IMG/VR virus record: IMGVR_UViG_3300021197_000485
Span: 259 to 64,258 of that record
Direction: 5' to 3' (one strand)
Length of the DNA stretch: 64,000 bases
Origin: a virus
Lineage: Duplodnaviria; Caudoviricetes
The notes beneath the pieces are model-generated. The model did not search any database. It worked only from the letters and a program-made list of their open reading frames with translations, and was not told where the DNA came from. Below are positions 50,401 through 59,878 of the stretch, piece by piece (position 1 is the stretch's first letter; every line of letters starts with the position of its first letter). The translations under genes were made by a program, and so were the position numbers.

Positions 50401-53400
50401 TTGCACACAGTTTTATCAGTGACCAAGAAACTGTATCCAGTGAAACTAAAATGTTTAAGTATGATGAGAATTTTGTTTCTGCATTTCCTAGGGTTGATCA
50501 AACTCCCACAGGATCCACTCAACATATGATTGGGTCTGGAGAAGATCTTATTGTACCTTTCGGGCAGATGGGAAATACTTTCGCCCTTGAACTCATGAAT
50601 CCAGAATTAGAGGGACTTGGTCAGCTAATTATAGATAAAAATCAAGAGGCAGTTGAAAAGGGTAAGGCAGCTTGGATGGCACAAAATCCAGACAAGGAGT
50701 TTACTTTACTTGATTTATTTGATCCAGTAACTACTACAGATCAACAGTTTAGTGGACGGTACGTTGGAAAGATGTTAGCATTGGCAGCAGACCCTCAAGG
50801 CAGAGCAGCAGTTAAAAATATATTTAAGGAACTAAAAAACAATCCTGAAGCTTGGGGAGTTAAGAGTGAAGAGGATCTTTATATTGTCTCAGGACTTTTA
50901 ATGGCTAGTGAATTCTCTAAAGCAGAAAATCAAAACAAAGCTGATATACAAACTTTAGGAAAGTTAGGTTCAGTATTTGAAAGCGTAAAGGATTTAAAAA
51001 CATTAGATGACTGGAATGCTGCATATGCTGCAATGGAAGAAGGTTCTATTGGACGAAAGAGATTAGATGCTTTACGCGAATACTTTAAGGTTCCTACGAT
51101 GCGCCGAGACTACGAAGGTGGTGAAGTAGCTTTCCTAAAAGACTTTGATTCGGAGCGGGGAAATGAAATAGAAGTATTACGGGACTTAGCAGATGCGTAT
51201 GACTTAGAACGTTTTACTCAGTCGGAGATTGAAGCACTGGCAAGATTAACCTATAATAAAGAGTTACGACAGAACGAGGCTCTTATTGACTACGCTCTTA
51301 TGATGTCGGGTAGGGAAAAGGATCTTGCTCTTCAGTATTTGAGATTAGATTCATCTTCAAGTTTTGAAGCAAATTTTTGGAAAGAGATGGTTGTTCCAGC
51401 AGTACGAGGACCCGGTGTCGTAATCCCAAAGACTAATCCTATCTTTAGCTTAGACACTCATCGTCAAGCTTTAGACAACGTTATTCTGGACTGGACTGTA
51501 AAAACCTATGGGCAAGAAAACGTTACAGATACAAACATTGCGAAGGTTAGAAAGAAGTATGATAAGGTTATTAGCGAAGCAAAGTTATTCTTACAAGCTC
51601 GTAAGGATGATGGTCTACCTACACTTGAACCCGGTACAACAGATTTTGAAACGTACCAGTTAATTTTACATGGTCAGGTAGATGCAAAGGGTAATGAAAT
51701 TAAGGGATCTGCTGGATTGTCTTATAGGGATATTGGTTTCTTTAGAGCCTTAAACATGTACAACTCTACTGCTTATAAGCTAGATATGCCTCACATGGAA
51801 GAGGTCTCAGAATTACTTGGGTTCAAGGAGTTTAATGCCAAGGATTGGCTTGGTTTAGAAAATCATTTACTGTATCAATTATTCTTACCTACTCAAAAAT
51901 CACATCGAACATCTCCAGTCTTTGGTGGAATGGGTATGAATTCCATGGGTATTGTACTGGAAAGAGTAGCTAGTAATAAGCAAGGCTTTAAGGATTTTAT
52001 GACTGAGGCTATGGCTAATATTACAGAACCTAGTACTCTTGATTATGCGTTTAAGGCTGGGGAATATATTACTCAACATAACTCCGATGCATTTGGTATG
52101 TTTGATATAGTTGATAATCCCTATGTAAAGATGAGTAAAATAGAAGCGGACGCAAAGGTTGACGAAATTATGACCTTGCATGAGATGTTGTATTACGCTC
52201 AGGAAGATAAACTTCCAAAGGACATCTATCCAAACTACACAGTAGAAGATGATCCTAACGCAATGCTTGCGGCAACTCTAACTCAGTGGAAAGATAACTC
52301 TATTGAAATGCAAGAACTCCTGCCAGAAATCATAGACTTTGAAAGAAAGTTATATGATCAAGGCGATGCAGGAAAAGCAATTCTAAAGCTTAAGAAGAAA
52401 GCTAATGTTATCTATAACCCCACCGTGGCACGGGATCTGCAAGTACCTGAACGACATTTCTTTAGCCGAGAAGGGAAAAAGGGAGAGCTGTACGCTGACA
52501 CAGTGCAGTCCCCTGCGGGCATTCAAACTTCAAGCCCAGCAGGACCACTCGCTATGATGCCCTTAACTAAACGCTACTCTATTATGGATAAGGGGAATAT
52601 CCCATTCCAAAGAATTGCATTACAGCGTCAGATTGACAGGAGACGTAATTGGCTTAATGTTCGTTTAGATCAACAACTGGTAGAAGAAACTCCCTTACTC
52701 AAGGGTACGGAATTTGGGTATGTCTCCCCATATAACAAGGGAGATCTACCCCAGATGCTAGATGTACCAGAAGACCTGCTTGCAGTAATTCCAGATAATG
52801 AGGTAGGACGCGAAGCTTCTAGAATCTACACGAAGGTTTCTACGTGGGTTAAAAATAGAGGAATAGATGAAGCGGTCCTACAAGATCCTCACATGTGGCC
52901 TTATCTATTAAATGTCATAAAGGTAGAAACTCTACAGTCAGAATTAATTACACAGATGTCTTACCAATCTAGGAGATCTGGGGATACATCACGACAAAGA
53001 AAAACTGTGGATCATTGGAGACAGCAATGGCTTACTTCCTTGTTTGAACTTTCTAATGTCTCATATGATATTCAAAACTCTAAAAGACGAGGCGCATCAT
53101 TAGAAGAGGCTGCATTAAGGATTGGTATAAAGGATCCAGATGTATTAGGTAAAAGTTATTATGATATCTTTACACGAAACCGTAAACGTAGTAAGGAAGC
53201 TAGTGAAAAGAATAGAGAAGGTTATCTATTAATAGATACCCTACTACAGCAATCTTTAGAAGCGGGAGTTGTTCCGGGTGCTGAGGGGATGACTATCCGT
53301 AATAAGTTTACGGGAGCCAACGAAGGCTTTGTCATTAACCCTACCCAATTAGTTGCAAACTCTAAGCAAGCTCATGACTTTATGAAGTTTATGGTAAAGA

Positions 53401-56400
53401 TGTTATGGAACGATGGGATTTATCAAGTCATTAAAAACGATCCTATGTATAGTCAATTTAAAAATGATAAGGGACTTACGTCTGATGATATGTCAGTGTT
53501 CCCCGAAGACATGAAAAAGGATTTATATGCTAAGGCTGGAGAATATGTAAAGAACATGAAGGGGTTTACTTTTGAAGCTAGAGTTACTGAAAAGGGTATT
53601 GATATCCTTGATCTTAACCCCCAACAAAACATTAATATGGAATTTAACAAGAATACATTTAAGGCTGTACAAAGAAATGCTTTAGCAGAAGCTGGATTTG
53701 GCTTAATGGTTATGGCTCCTAGTGAGCTTATAGGACAGAATGTAGAGCTGGTTATAACGCCCGAACGTGCAATGTTACTGTTGTCTTATCTTGAAAACTT
53801 TAGACTTGTAGAAAGAGTAGAGCAGTCAGCTCACACTCGTGTTCCTACGGGAACAAAGTTAGGAGAAGACGGTACTAGAATCCGTTCAAGAAGTGATGAA
53901 CAAATAGCACGAGATGCTTTAGCTCCTAATGAAACAGAAGTCCGTGAGGCTGCTATGATTGAAACAGATGCAGTTAAAAGAATTGTAAGTATGTTGGCAG
54001 ACAAGACTCCGCTATACACTGTTAATACGGGCGTGCGAAAAACAACTGTAATGGGAACAATGGAGTTTCTTAACAATGACTTGTATCGAAGACCGGGAAA
54101 TCTTTCAGAAGATGGTTCATCAAAGCATGGGTTTGTTGAGGATTATCTCGAAGCTTATATCTCTCCAATACAAAAACTACTGCATAACGTAGATAAAAAT
54201 CAAACAAATATTTTTGATCCATTACTTGTAAGCGAGTTAACCGATCTTATAGATAGCACGCGCAAGGGTACGAATAGTTTACATACTTCTACTTTAATCC
54301 AACTCTCTTTATTGTTACGAGAAACTAAAGTTACTGAGGATGTAGCTCAAGCATTTCTTGATCCTGATACTTACAACGAAACTGATATTACCACAGGATG
54401 GCAAAGAGCCAAAGACTTGGTGCAGCGCGTGTCTGCAATACGAGAAGCAGGGGGCAGAGGTCATTTCTTTAATACACAAAGAGGTAGGGATCTTACAAGA
54501 ATTTACCAAGAAGGACTTGCTAACCTTCCGGGTGTGACAAACGAAACAAGTCTAACAGAGATTAAACGGCATTTAGAACAATACGCAGCTAGTGTATTAC
54601 ATCAAGACTCTCCCCATAAGGGGCGAGGGGAAGCTCCTACTAGGTTAAAGGGGTTTACCAAAGAAGAGATTAACGGAGTCTTTGAATATGCTATGGGAGA
54701 AGCATATACCTTTGAAGCCTTGAATGATGTAATGGGTATTGAAGGTGATATTGCTAACACTGTTTCAGAAGAAGCGGTTGACTTTTCTATTAATGATCAA
54801 TTAGGATTTAATTTTGATACTGCCGGTAAACAAATTAAAAACATTGTTAAGACCCATAAGGATACAATAGACTGGGCAAAGGGTACTAGAAATAACCATG
54901 TGTTATCTATGTTACATACAATCGAAGAAGCTGTACAAAATGATAAAATTAACTTAAGTCCTAAGGAAGCTCAAATAATGCGGGCTATTATTGTTCGTCA
55001 GTACGAAAGAAATAAATCTTTATTGGATGATATCTCTTTAACATTTGAGGAAAGATTCCCATCTCAAGCAATTATTAATGGCCGGTCTGCATCAATTATT
55101 ATGAACACTGAAGAAATGAAGGGTACTCCATTAACCGCAGTTAAAATTTTTGCTCATGAGTTAGCTCATATTGGAGCTACTCGTTTCCTTTCGACTAAGG
55201 ATGGACTAACATGGCTTGCACTATACAGAAGTAAAGCAGGTAAAGCTTACTTAAGAAAGACTGTGCAAGCATGGCATGGCGGTAGATTTAATCAAGATGC
55301 TAAAAAAGAATTTAAAAGATATTTAACAAACCCCGATGAGTTTATAGCGGGGCTTGTTAGCTACAAATTATTTAATGGGGCTCTGCCAGAAATTCCTAAC
55401 TTAACTATTCCTGAAGCTAAGGTTTGGAACACAGCAACGAATAATGTTCAGAAGATTATACATTGGTTTGCAGGACATTGGAATAGAATTAATACTGTGT
55501 TTGTACATTTCCGTAAGGGAAATCCTGAATTATCTAAACAGATTGATACACTTACTCTACATACGATGGGGTATGATCCTATGGATGGACCACTTGTTCG
55601 ATTAGATAATGATTCTACACAGGAAAGATTTGGGTTTAATAGTATTAATAGACGTTTTGAAAAGATGAGTGATAGCTGGGAGATGTCTACCGCAGACCTT
55701 TCTAATACTCTAACAGAGTTTGAAACTTTAAATGCTATGGAATCATTAGATCAGAAGCAGCAAATACGATTAGCTGAAACGGCAAATATATTATTTGAGG
55801 GTGAGGGGCGTAAGCCTTATGGTGTAACTGGTATTACTCGCACAAGAAAACTACAAGAAGAAAGAAATCTTAAAGAGTTTATGCATGACAAGGATGTCTT
55901 TAGTGTTGACTTGTATAAGTTACTTAATACTGCTAATCCAAATGGCATTCATGCTAACCCTGCTCAAAGAGCAACGGTTGTTGAAATGGCTATTGATAAG
56001 ATGGAAGAACAATATGGAGAAGCTTTTAGAGGACATGCTGGTAGTTTCCTTAGTAAACAAGTTAACTCATTACATAATATGCTGGGTTCGGAAAACAAGG
56101 GAACCGCTTTAAGTCTGGGAGAAGATTTCTTAACGGGTCCTGCTGCCAGTAGATTAACATATAACGGATGGCATCCTCTTATGGTTTCCATGTCGGCAAT
56201 GGTAGATGATCGGGTCGCAATGATGATGGGGCAGTATGCAAACATTAATGGCCTTCCATCAGTGACTAAGGCTCTTGGTGAAATCAGAGGCATCTCTACA
56301 ATTCTTAAGGAACATCGTAGAAGAATGACTAGTATCTTTGGAAACTTAGCATTTGAATTAAGCGGAAAAACCGCAGGATTATTAAGAACTCCAGAGAGAG

Positions 56401-59400
56401 AATACTTGTCACACTTAGATGCACAGATTATGTTAAAGATAGATAACCCTACTCATGAATTTGATTTTGATGTAGATGATAATAAGATGTTTGAAAAGCT
56501 TAAGCCAGACCAACAAGAATCTATTAAGGACAGTATGGATAAATCTGTCACAGCTTTATCATCATATCTAAAGCAGTTAGTTAAGGACGGAGTGTCTGAT
56601 GGGTCATTTGGTGAGGGGTTTACCGCTGTTGTTCCTTACCGCCTCAATAATACTATTAGAGTAGAAGACACTAGAGTTAATTTTAAAAGAGAACTTGGTA
56701 ATGAAATTAAATTACAGATTGTGAATGAACTTAATAATAGCGACACATCTATTGAACGTATCGATCCCCTTGTATTCTTTGGTACAAAATCATTACCTCG
56801 AATTCATAATAAGGATACTTTACGTACTGACTTAATGAAAATGAGAGAAGCAAACCCTCCTTTATATAACTGGGTTATGCAGAAGTTTACTGCCAAGAGA
56901 GAAAAACAAAAGGGGGGATCAGTAAAGATTTCTTCGGAAAGTTTACGACTAACGTTAGAAGAAGAGCTGAGTATTCCTAAGATAGGAGAAACCGGAAAAC
57001 GGGATGCTAATACTATGGATGAAAATGCTATAGCTATGGTACAGTCTCAATGGTCGCAAATTCTTAAAGATATTTCAAGAGGTAAGATTAAGTGGAGTGA
57101 GTTAGCTAAGGTAGGCGTAGATGTAAATGCGCTTAAGGTTGTATACGAAAACACCATTGAAAGTAAGGATCCAGAGGTAAGGAATTACATGGAGTCTTTA
57201 CGGGTTGAAGGTATAAAGGCTTATGTTCCTCAGTTTATTTATTACCGATCACGCGGAGATATTAATTCTAAGTTTGTTACCCTTGATGAAAACTCAACCC
57301 CCATTGATATGCATATTCACAATCTTGCAAATCGTGCTGCTGTTGGTATGTATTTCCCTAACGATATCTGGAGCATTCCACAGGTTAGTTCTGTACTGGA
57401 AAACAATATCCTAAAGGATTTATTTATTTGGAATCCTACTGAAATTACAGAGGAATTCCGTAAGGGTCTTGGAGACGAAATTCACGAAAGAAAGATGATG
57501 AGGGAAAACTTTAACCTTCACGGAACATTTGGAGACTTTGTTAATTTAGTTTCAGATGTTATTCATGAGCCTCCCTCAGGAGCTTTACGGAGACCGGATG
57601 GGACAGAAATGTCTCAGAAGGAAATGAAAGAACTTTCTCGGTCAGCTCAGGTCTTACACTCTAAGTGGGAAATGACAAAGGGAATCGCAAGACGTACTGA
57701 AAGCCCGAGTCCTTTCATGAATGCAATTGCCGACTACGCTCCCGCTATTACTCGAATTGTATTTGGTAATAACTTATCCTTAGCCTCAGCTATTGTTGAA
57801 GGGGGTATTAATGTATTGAGCGAAGGTCTTGGTAGAGGAAACTTAAGTGGATCTATCAGAGGATTGCTTGCACCTATTTTAAATATTCCTATAGTCAATA
57901 AGGAATTACGAAGACGAGTGGGAGCAGACATTGCATATCATGTAGAATCTTTAACGCAAAGCTTTATTCCAGATTTTGAAAAACCTGCTAATTCAGAAGC
58001 AGACAGTGCGTTGTTAAAGGCAATGAACTGGTCGGGTAGACAATCACTGCGCCCCGCTCAGTGGACTATGACTAGCATTGCTTCTCAAAGAGCAGTAAGT
58101 ACTCGTTTGTTTATTACGGATAATTTAGATAACCTTACAACGTTAGTGAGAAACATTGAAGAGACTCCGTTAGATATGACAAACCCAAAAGATTTTAAGG
58201 CAAGGATGAGAGAGGCTGGCTTTAATATGACAGCAGTCTTAGAACAAGATCTTAATCTTGTGCGGTATATGTTAAATGCAGGGCTGCTTAGCTCCGGACG
58301 TTTCCCGCAAATGAAACGAATGATACGAGATTTCTTAAAACGAAACCCCGGAGAACGTTATTATGTTATCAATGAAATGCATAGTAGAGTTCTTTTAGAC
58401 GATCCTAATCAAGCTGACTATAGAACTAATACTGATATTATTGTGGGACTTAGGGAAGTAGAGAAATCGTTTATTCACGAAGTGATTCTTGAGCCTAAGG
58501 CATTTGATATCTTTACTGGTAACCCCGGTTCAACAGGAGAAGGGGCAAGTATCAGCCCCCTTGATTCGTTATTTGAAATCTTTAGGCGGCACCCCATTCT
58601 TTTTGTATCTCAACATGTATTCCGAGGAATGAATGAGAAGCACCCCTTGAAGTGGGGATTTGGATTAACCAGCCTTCTTGTTTTAGATATTGTATATATG
58701 TTAGCCCTACGTATGTCTCAGGGAGAAAACCCCGAGGATTTACTGGATGACTTAGATAATAACAAATTTAAAAATATAGTTATGTATATGTCTCGTCTCC
58801 CTATCCTTGGTCGTTGGGGTTCTGAAATTGCAGGCATGGTTGGAGGAGTCCTCACTGGCTTTGGCGCACAGCCCGCTGGTAGGTTTATTGGAGCAGCAGC
58901 TTTAATTACTGCGATTAATCAACTTTACAAGGCAGGCAAGGGACTAGCTACAGGTAGTGAATACGCAATACAAGATATGATTAATGCCTTTAGAATCATA
59001 CCAGTCCTTGGAGACTCAGTGATCCGTACAGGCTTGTACACGGGACTTAATATGCTAGGCGACCCCTATGACATTCCTAGGCGCAAACGTCGCTCAGGAG
59101 GCGGAGGAGGCGGCTACGGACAAAGCGGGGGCTCTGTAGGAAACTACGGAATTAATACATTTGATTCTCCCCTGACCTATGAAGGATACTTAGGCGGACT
59201 TGCAGCAGAGCTTACGCAGTACGCTCCATTACCTCAACGTATGCAGCAGCAGATTTCTAATTTAGCTCCACCTTGGACGGGAGGACAGAATGCTTGGAAT
59301 GCCACAAGAAACCAAGAACGAGACTCGTATATGGATATGGTGGAGAATCAAGAACGCACAGAGTTGCAGGATCAGTACGATAGAGATGCAGGGGTTGATC

Positions 59401-59510
59401 GCAGCATAGATGTTGAACGTGAAACAGAAGGCCCCGGTACTATTGAAGATAAGATTAGAGCACAAAAGGGAAGCAGTGGAGATCTGGCGGATACCCTAGG
59501 AATCGACTAG
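44472..59510 (+). CDS. giant polyvalent virion protein with putative RNA polymerase domain and two zincin motifs
   Basis: 5012 aa, AAGGAG SD; DQQFSG (aa 2090), REYFKVPTMRRDYEG (aa 2202), LDMPHM (aa 2437), HNSDAFG (D2539); HEVGH (aa 1160), HELAH (aa 3562); hydrophobic segments near both ends as in gp16-type ejection proteins. Confidence 0.75.
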   Translation: MPDRTWHTNPVPLRSSPAMYLNMSNKEVAAGKELIESTPWYTPQFQDTWQAGAVETINVASQMVPNSADMSNSIEAMGEALHSDNAWEYLNRDQMNEATMFVDPYAPGEWVRGLYSAWDATAEQMQQDYHRGYLSRNMPHEVWAGKAMVGGRDLEAMKGTILDFDDDAENFLKDRMTSSKWNTKFWEDGRLPIYNLLLETPEDLLTIEPPEGWDAIDAMKFFKEKDPDAFKRYSLALGGEQALIDITKDSRNQYEFFYRLGESLTLSTVGKSLAVAQRNWSSMDHIGHFVGTLGVHGILNDPDMMASMALSIALAIPTGTGSLAMGAIALGAKAATIANRGVRLAKYANPVIMGLGKSVNFTRKLQHWLPENIGPHLMKNILFNGKRFTAYKNLSGMKKVGVVTMGNVIEGAVTGSLAEVANQYQKTSRGVTDEWNWGVVGMGTLHEMGLSIVVNPIMGRAFRGLGWAASLGGTAAVRSMRPLGLGKYVDGLLEGVKSSLDPNATARNVAVVQSMMTLREGLSGLGLEEVSSQVGTIMNVLAANTDLDEVGIAKVLGDSVTPFINSTGAHTNPELTFIEAIVKNEAFANVDNAFKASLEGKIKLAAHIKTQAENRNQTIDEFLADNENKPEVLLGIDLLPEFNALREQAGGTPKWNAMNRDEKMVEIGKFLFEAAERENEITQTITKEVKEGAEDAGVPTNTFGGATPGEVIALGKNAAEKKLADERKKAKAAQDQNKTKPKTDKARKARAKRTNDINKNIEKLENFLGSLEEMENLNKSGALPTHLVEQLNSLIKQEARVRRKLDEIFTHKDFIRREGWKTLAGVFEDVFKLTGITEEKIPLSQLATPESIAALDSIIENFRDKPQDFISFRNKLEKFEAGNLDVNALQERLDKVNSELGIEENKQDALQEVFDQQKDIMAMLESPAMKAIMIENQAEAQGMIVGRDAMDENRRIIASTDAADLHPTFEEWKSSVKKRYDPDNNLTMEEVLKEAEIQTEEEWAAHTEQQIEEFIEGPVRHIVRRGLEQGWRPVASNAFNAGKKGVWFKVDDLDIFEPLMVNVDGIFFDANFNIDEIAMMRTLPSLQTAPNKRRKINKIILKEKLIVGTIETPDSLVSLGKANTAEGTIELNEDRLLVSEELVGKTKAREMEALANTFGHEVGHFQFNKLSKKQLSEFKKLTAGWFSPSAQNELNAGVIKTEEQIDNENFAEIWAEILDKPKFTSIFTTHPLPGGAKNEADIRAFIKKEFQDKAEANGPNRFRDRPPTRRGSVLIPTPEDFTELGKVIGKLKDRIEVIKKHINAPKHPGGTDNEDLREESVNKAELESLEFRLLDLYSSRDEIWKKSGLADEIKEESAKLEKDRIQYELDRNEHFRGTLADRNMWFAQLESVRNLLTTKKNLKAMLSVREQAFEAVVQESIDNQVPLIKGDLVNFLPMDSRVAKKWQASIEKNAEYANQQMTVQAARDVSKKAFAAARKTVNRLNVGDFDTSNMVYPPTPRMFNTSPLLNETADEDLLLVPINEDYLTSPRMEDVEAIQNTEEELKAFISLARQLENVSDSTHIDQFSTIHAARIYSAMFEGTNDYFFRVGMAPHVVFREAINSPDIVSSLESTFNTQFESLTEAQLRTEATNLRYKIDKVKRIAEERADAIRAKTEGWVKEPWTQHLDRLLTNLTTEGKKESLHDHYRVLNLLEAMESLQKTAMEDLFRVNKGYALELNDTTGKPSKTTSEFSVFKSAVMKSALDRYNDARMKGEFDALGIDRFQKNLNLTEDDFLYQEHAIGKVDDFDYAESIVTEVINNRLSSLREDFTLQSFGDGTLDYRDAKTLGEEIVDLVFRDKPYPGRNSLESVDGGALDSTELYRGEQESTSTRRPHWGEGTAYAPMPFWTFAGMVGEYKFRSRASHVLNTPLTEEGLKAAAEWRKTLKEHANPDVAGAGLPLTVRPRAVGATLSSQVMSRPVLKDFLLELFLDMPNIAHSFISDQETVSSETKMFKYDENFVSAFPRVDQTPTGSTQHMIGSGEDLIVPFGQMGNTFALELMNPELEGLGQLIIDKNQEAVEKGKAAWMAQNPDKEFTLLDLFDPVTTTDQQFSGRYVGKMLALAADPQGRAAVKNIFKELKNNPEAWGVKSEEDLYIVSGLLMASEFSKAENQNKADIQTLGKLGSVFESVKDLKTLDDWNAAYAAMEEGSIGRKRLDALREYFKVPTMRRDYEGGEVAFLKDFDSERGNEIEVLRDLADAYDLERFTQSEIEALARLTYNKELRQNEALIDYALMMSGREKDLALQYLRLDSSSSFEANFWKEMVVPAVRGPGVVIPKTNPIFSLDTHRQALDNVILDWTVKTYGQENVTDTNIAKVRKKYDKVISEAKLFLQARKDDGLPTLEPGTTDFETYQLILHGQVDAKGNEIKGSAGLSYRDIGFFRALNMYNSTAYKLDMPHMEEVSELLGFKEFNAKDWLGLENHLLYQLFLPTQKSHRTSPVFGGMGMNSMGIVLERVASNKQGFKDFMTEAMANITEPSTLDYAFKAGEYITQHNSDAFGMFDIVDNPYVKMSKIEADAKVDEIMTLHEMLYYAQEDKLPKDIYPNYTVEDDPNAMLAATLTQWKDNSIEMQELLPEIIDFERKLYDQGDAGKAILKLKKKANVIYNPTVARDLQVPERHFFSREGKKGELYADTVQSPAGIQTSSPAGPLAMMPLTKRYSIMDKGNIPFQRIALQRQIDRRRNWLNVRLDQQLVEETPLLKGTEFGYVSPYNKGDLPQMLDVPEDLLAVIPDNEVGREASRIYTKVSTWVKNRGIDEAVLQDPHMWPYLLNVIKVETLQSELITQMSYQSRRSGDTSRQRKTVDHWRQQWLTSLFELSNVSYDIQNSKRRGASLEEAALRIGIKDPDVLGKSYYDIFTRNRKRSKEASEKNREGYLLIDTLLQQSLEAGVVPGAEGMTIRNKFTGANEGFVINPTQLVANSKQAHDFMKFMVKMLWNDGIYQVIKNDPMYSQFKNDKGLTSDDMSVFPEDMKKDLYAKAGEYVKNMKGFTFEARVTEKGIDILDLNPQQNINMEFNKNTFKAVQRNALAEAGFGLMVMAPSELIGQNVELVITPERAMLLLSYLENFRLVERVEQSAHTRVPTGTKLGEDGTRIRSRSDEQIARDALAPNETEVREAAMIETDAVKRIVSMLADKTPLYTVNTGVRKTTVMGTMEFLNNDLYRRPGNLSEDGSSKHGFVEDYLEAYISPIQKLLHNVDKNQTNIFDPLLVSELTDLIDSTRKGTNSLHTSTLIQLSLLLRETKVTEDVAQAFLDPDTYNETDITTGWQRAKDLVQRVSAIREAGGRGHFFNTQRGRDLTRIYQEGLANLPGVTNETSLTEIKRHLEQYAASVLHQDSPHKGRGEAPTRLKGFTKEEINGVFEYAMGEAYTFEALNDVMGIEGDIANTVSEEAVDFSINDQLGFNFDTAGKQIKNIVKTHKDTIDWAKGTRNNHVLSMLHTIEEAVQNDKINLSPKEAQIMRAIIVRQYERNKSLLDDISLTFEERFPSQAIINGRSASIIMNTEEMKGTPLTAVKIFAHELAHIGATRFLSTKDGLTWLALYRSKAGKAYLRKTVQAWHGGRFNQDAKKEFKRYLTNPDEFIAGLVSYKLFNGALPEIPNLTIPEAKVWNTATNNVQKIIHWFAGHWNRINTVFVHFRKGNPELSKQIDTLTLHTMGYDPMDGPLVRLDNDSTQERFGFNSINRRFEKMSDSWEMSTADLSNTLTEFETLNAMESLDQKQQIRLAETANILFEGEGRKPYGVTGITRTRKLQEERNLKEFMHDKDVFSVDLYKLLNTANPNGIHANPAQRATVVEMAIDKMEEQYGEAFRGHAGSFLSKQVNSLHNMLGSENKGTALSLGEDFLTGPAASRLTYNGWHPLMVSMSAMVDDRVAMMMGQYANINGLPSVTKALGEIRGISTILKEHRRRMTSIFGNLAFELSGKTAGLLRTPEREYLSHLDAQIMLKIDNPTHEFDFDVDDNKMFEKLKPDQQESIKDSMDKSVTALSSYLKQLVKDGVSDGSFGEGFTAVVPYRLNNTIRVEDTRVNFKRELGNEIKLQIVNELNNSDTSIERIDPLVFFGTKSLPRIHNKDTLRTDLMKMREANPPLYNWVMQKFTAKREKQKGGSVKISSESLRLTLEEELSIPKIGETGKRDANTMDENAIAMVQSQWSQILKDISRGKIKWSELAKVGVDVNALKVVYENTIESKDPEVRNYMESLRVEGIKAYVPQFIYYRSRGDINSKFVTLDENSTPIDMHIHNLANRAAVGMYFPNDIWSIPQVSSVLENNILKDLFIWNPTEITEEFRKGLGDEIHERKMMRENFNLHGTFGDFVNLVSDVIHEPPSGALRRPDGTEMSQKEMKELSRSAQVLHSKWEMTKGIARRTESPSPFMNAIADYAPAITRIVFGNNLSLASAIVEGGINVLSEGLGRGNLSGSIRGLLAPILNIPIVNKELRRRVGADIAYHVESLTQSFIPDFEKPANSEADSALLKAMNWSGRQSLRPAQWTMTSIASQRAVSTRLFITDNLDNLTTLVRNIEETPLDMTNPKDFKARMREAGFNMTAVLEQDLNLVRYMLNAGLLSSGRFPQMKRMIRDFLKRNPGERYYVINEMHSRVLLDDPNQADYRTNTDIIVGLREVEKSFIHEVILEPKAFDIFTGNPGSTGEGASISPLDSLFEIFRRHPILFVSQHVFRGMNEKHPLKWGFGLTSLLVLDIVYMLALRMSQGENPEDLLDDLDNNKFKNIVMYMSRLPILGRWGSEIAGMVGGVLTGFGAQPAGRFIGAAALITAINQLYKAGKGLATGSEYAIQDMINAFRIIPVLGDSVIRTGLYTGLNMLGDPYDIPRRKRRSGGGGGGYGQSGGSVGNYGINTFDSPLTYEGYLGGLAAELTQYAPLPQRMQQQISNLAPPWTGGQNAWNATRNQERDSYMDMVENQERTELQDQYDRDAGVDRSIDVERETEGPGTIEDKIRAQKGSSGDLADTLGID

Positions 59511-59623
59511 GGGGTCACGAATTTGTCTGGGTGGAGGGGTAGGATGCCGTTACCAGCATCCCCCCCTTACCCCTATGCCGATGGGGGGTCTACCATCGGC
59601 TACCAACTACACGGAGGTGTAGC

Positions 59624-59878
59624 ATGTCTAATGCTAACATCAACCCGGCAGACGCTCCTTCTGAGTTCAAGTGCGGTCATTGTCCCAAAACAATGACACA
59701 GCGTGAGGTCAGAGCGATGTGTACTGACGAATCCGATGAGCCCGCTTATCTTATCTGTTCTAGTTGCATCGAGCAATTGAATCAGGAGAATGAGCTGGTG
59801 ATCGAAAGCGAAACTCCCTTGGTCATTCATGGTCAAGGAGCGTACGCTGTTAAGATCATGCCATCGGATATCAGCTGA
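59624..59878 (+). CDS. small Zn-finger protein
   Basis: GGAGGT SD; CGHC...CSSC. Confidence 0.65.
   Translation: MSNANINPADAPSEFKCGHCPKTMTQREVRAMCTDESDEPAYLICSSCIEQLNQENELVIESETPLVIHGQGAYAVKIMPSDIS

Noticed and set aside
44888-59465. Many minus-strand ORFs within the giant gene (and other long genes)
   Set aside because: Antisense shadows with no recognisable motifs; the genome is uniformly + strand
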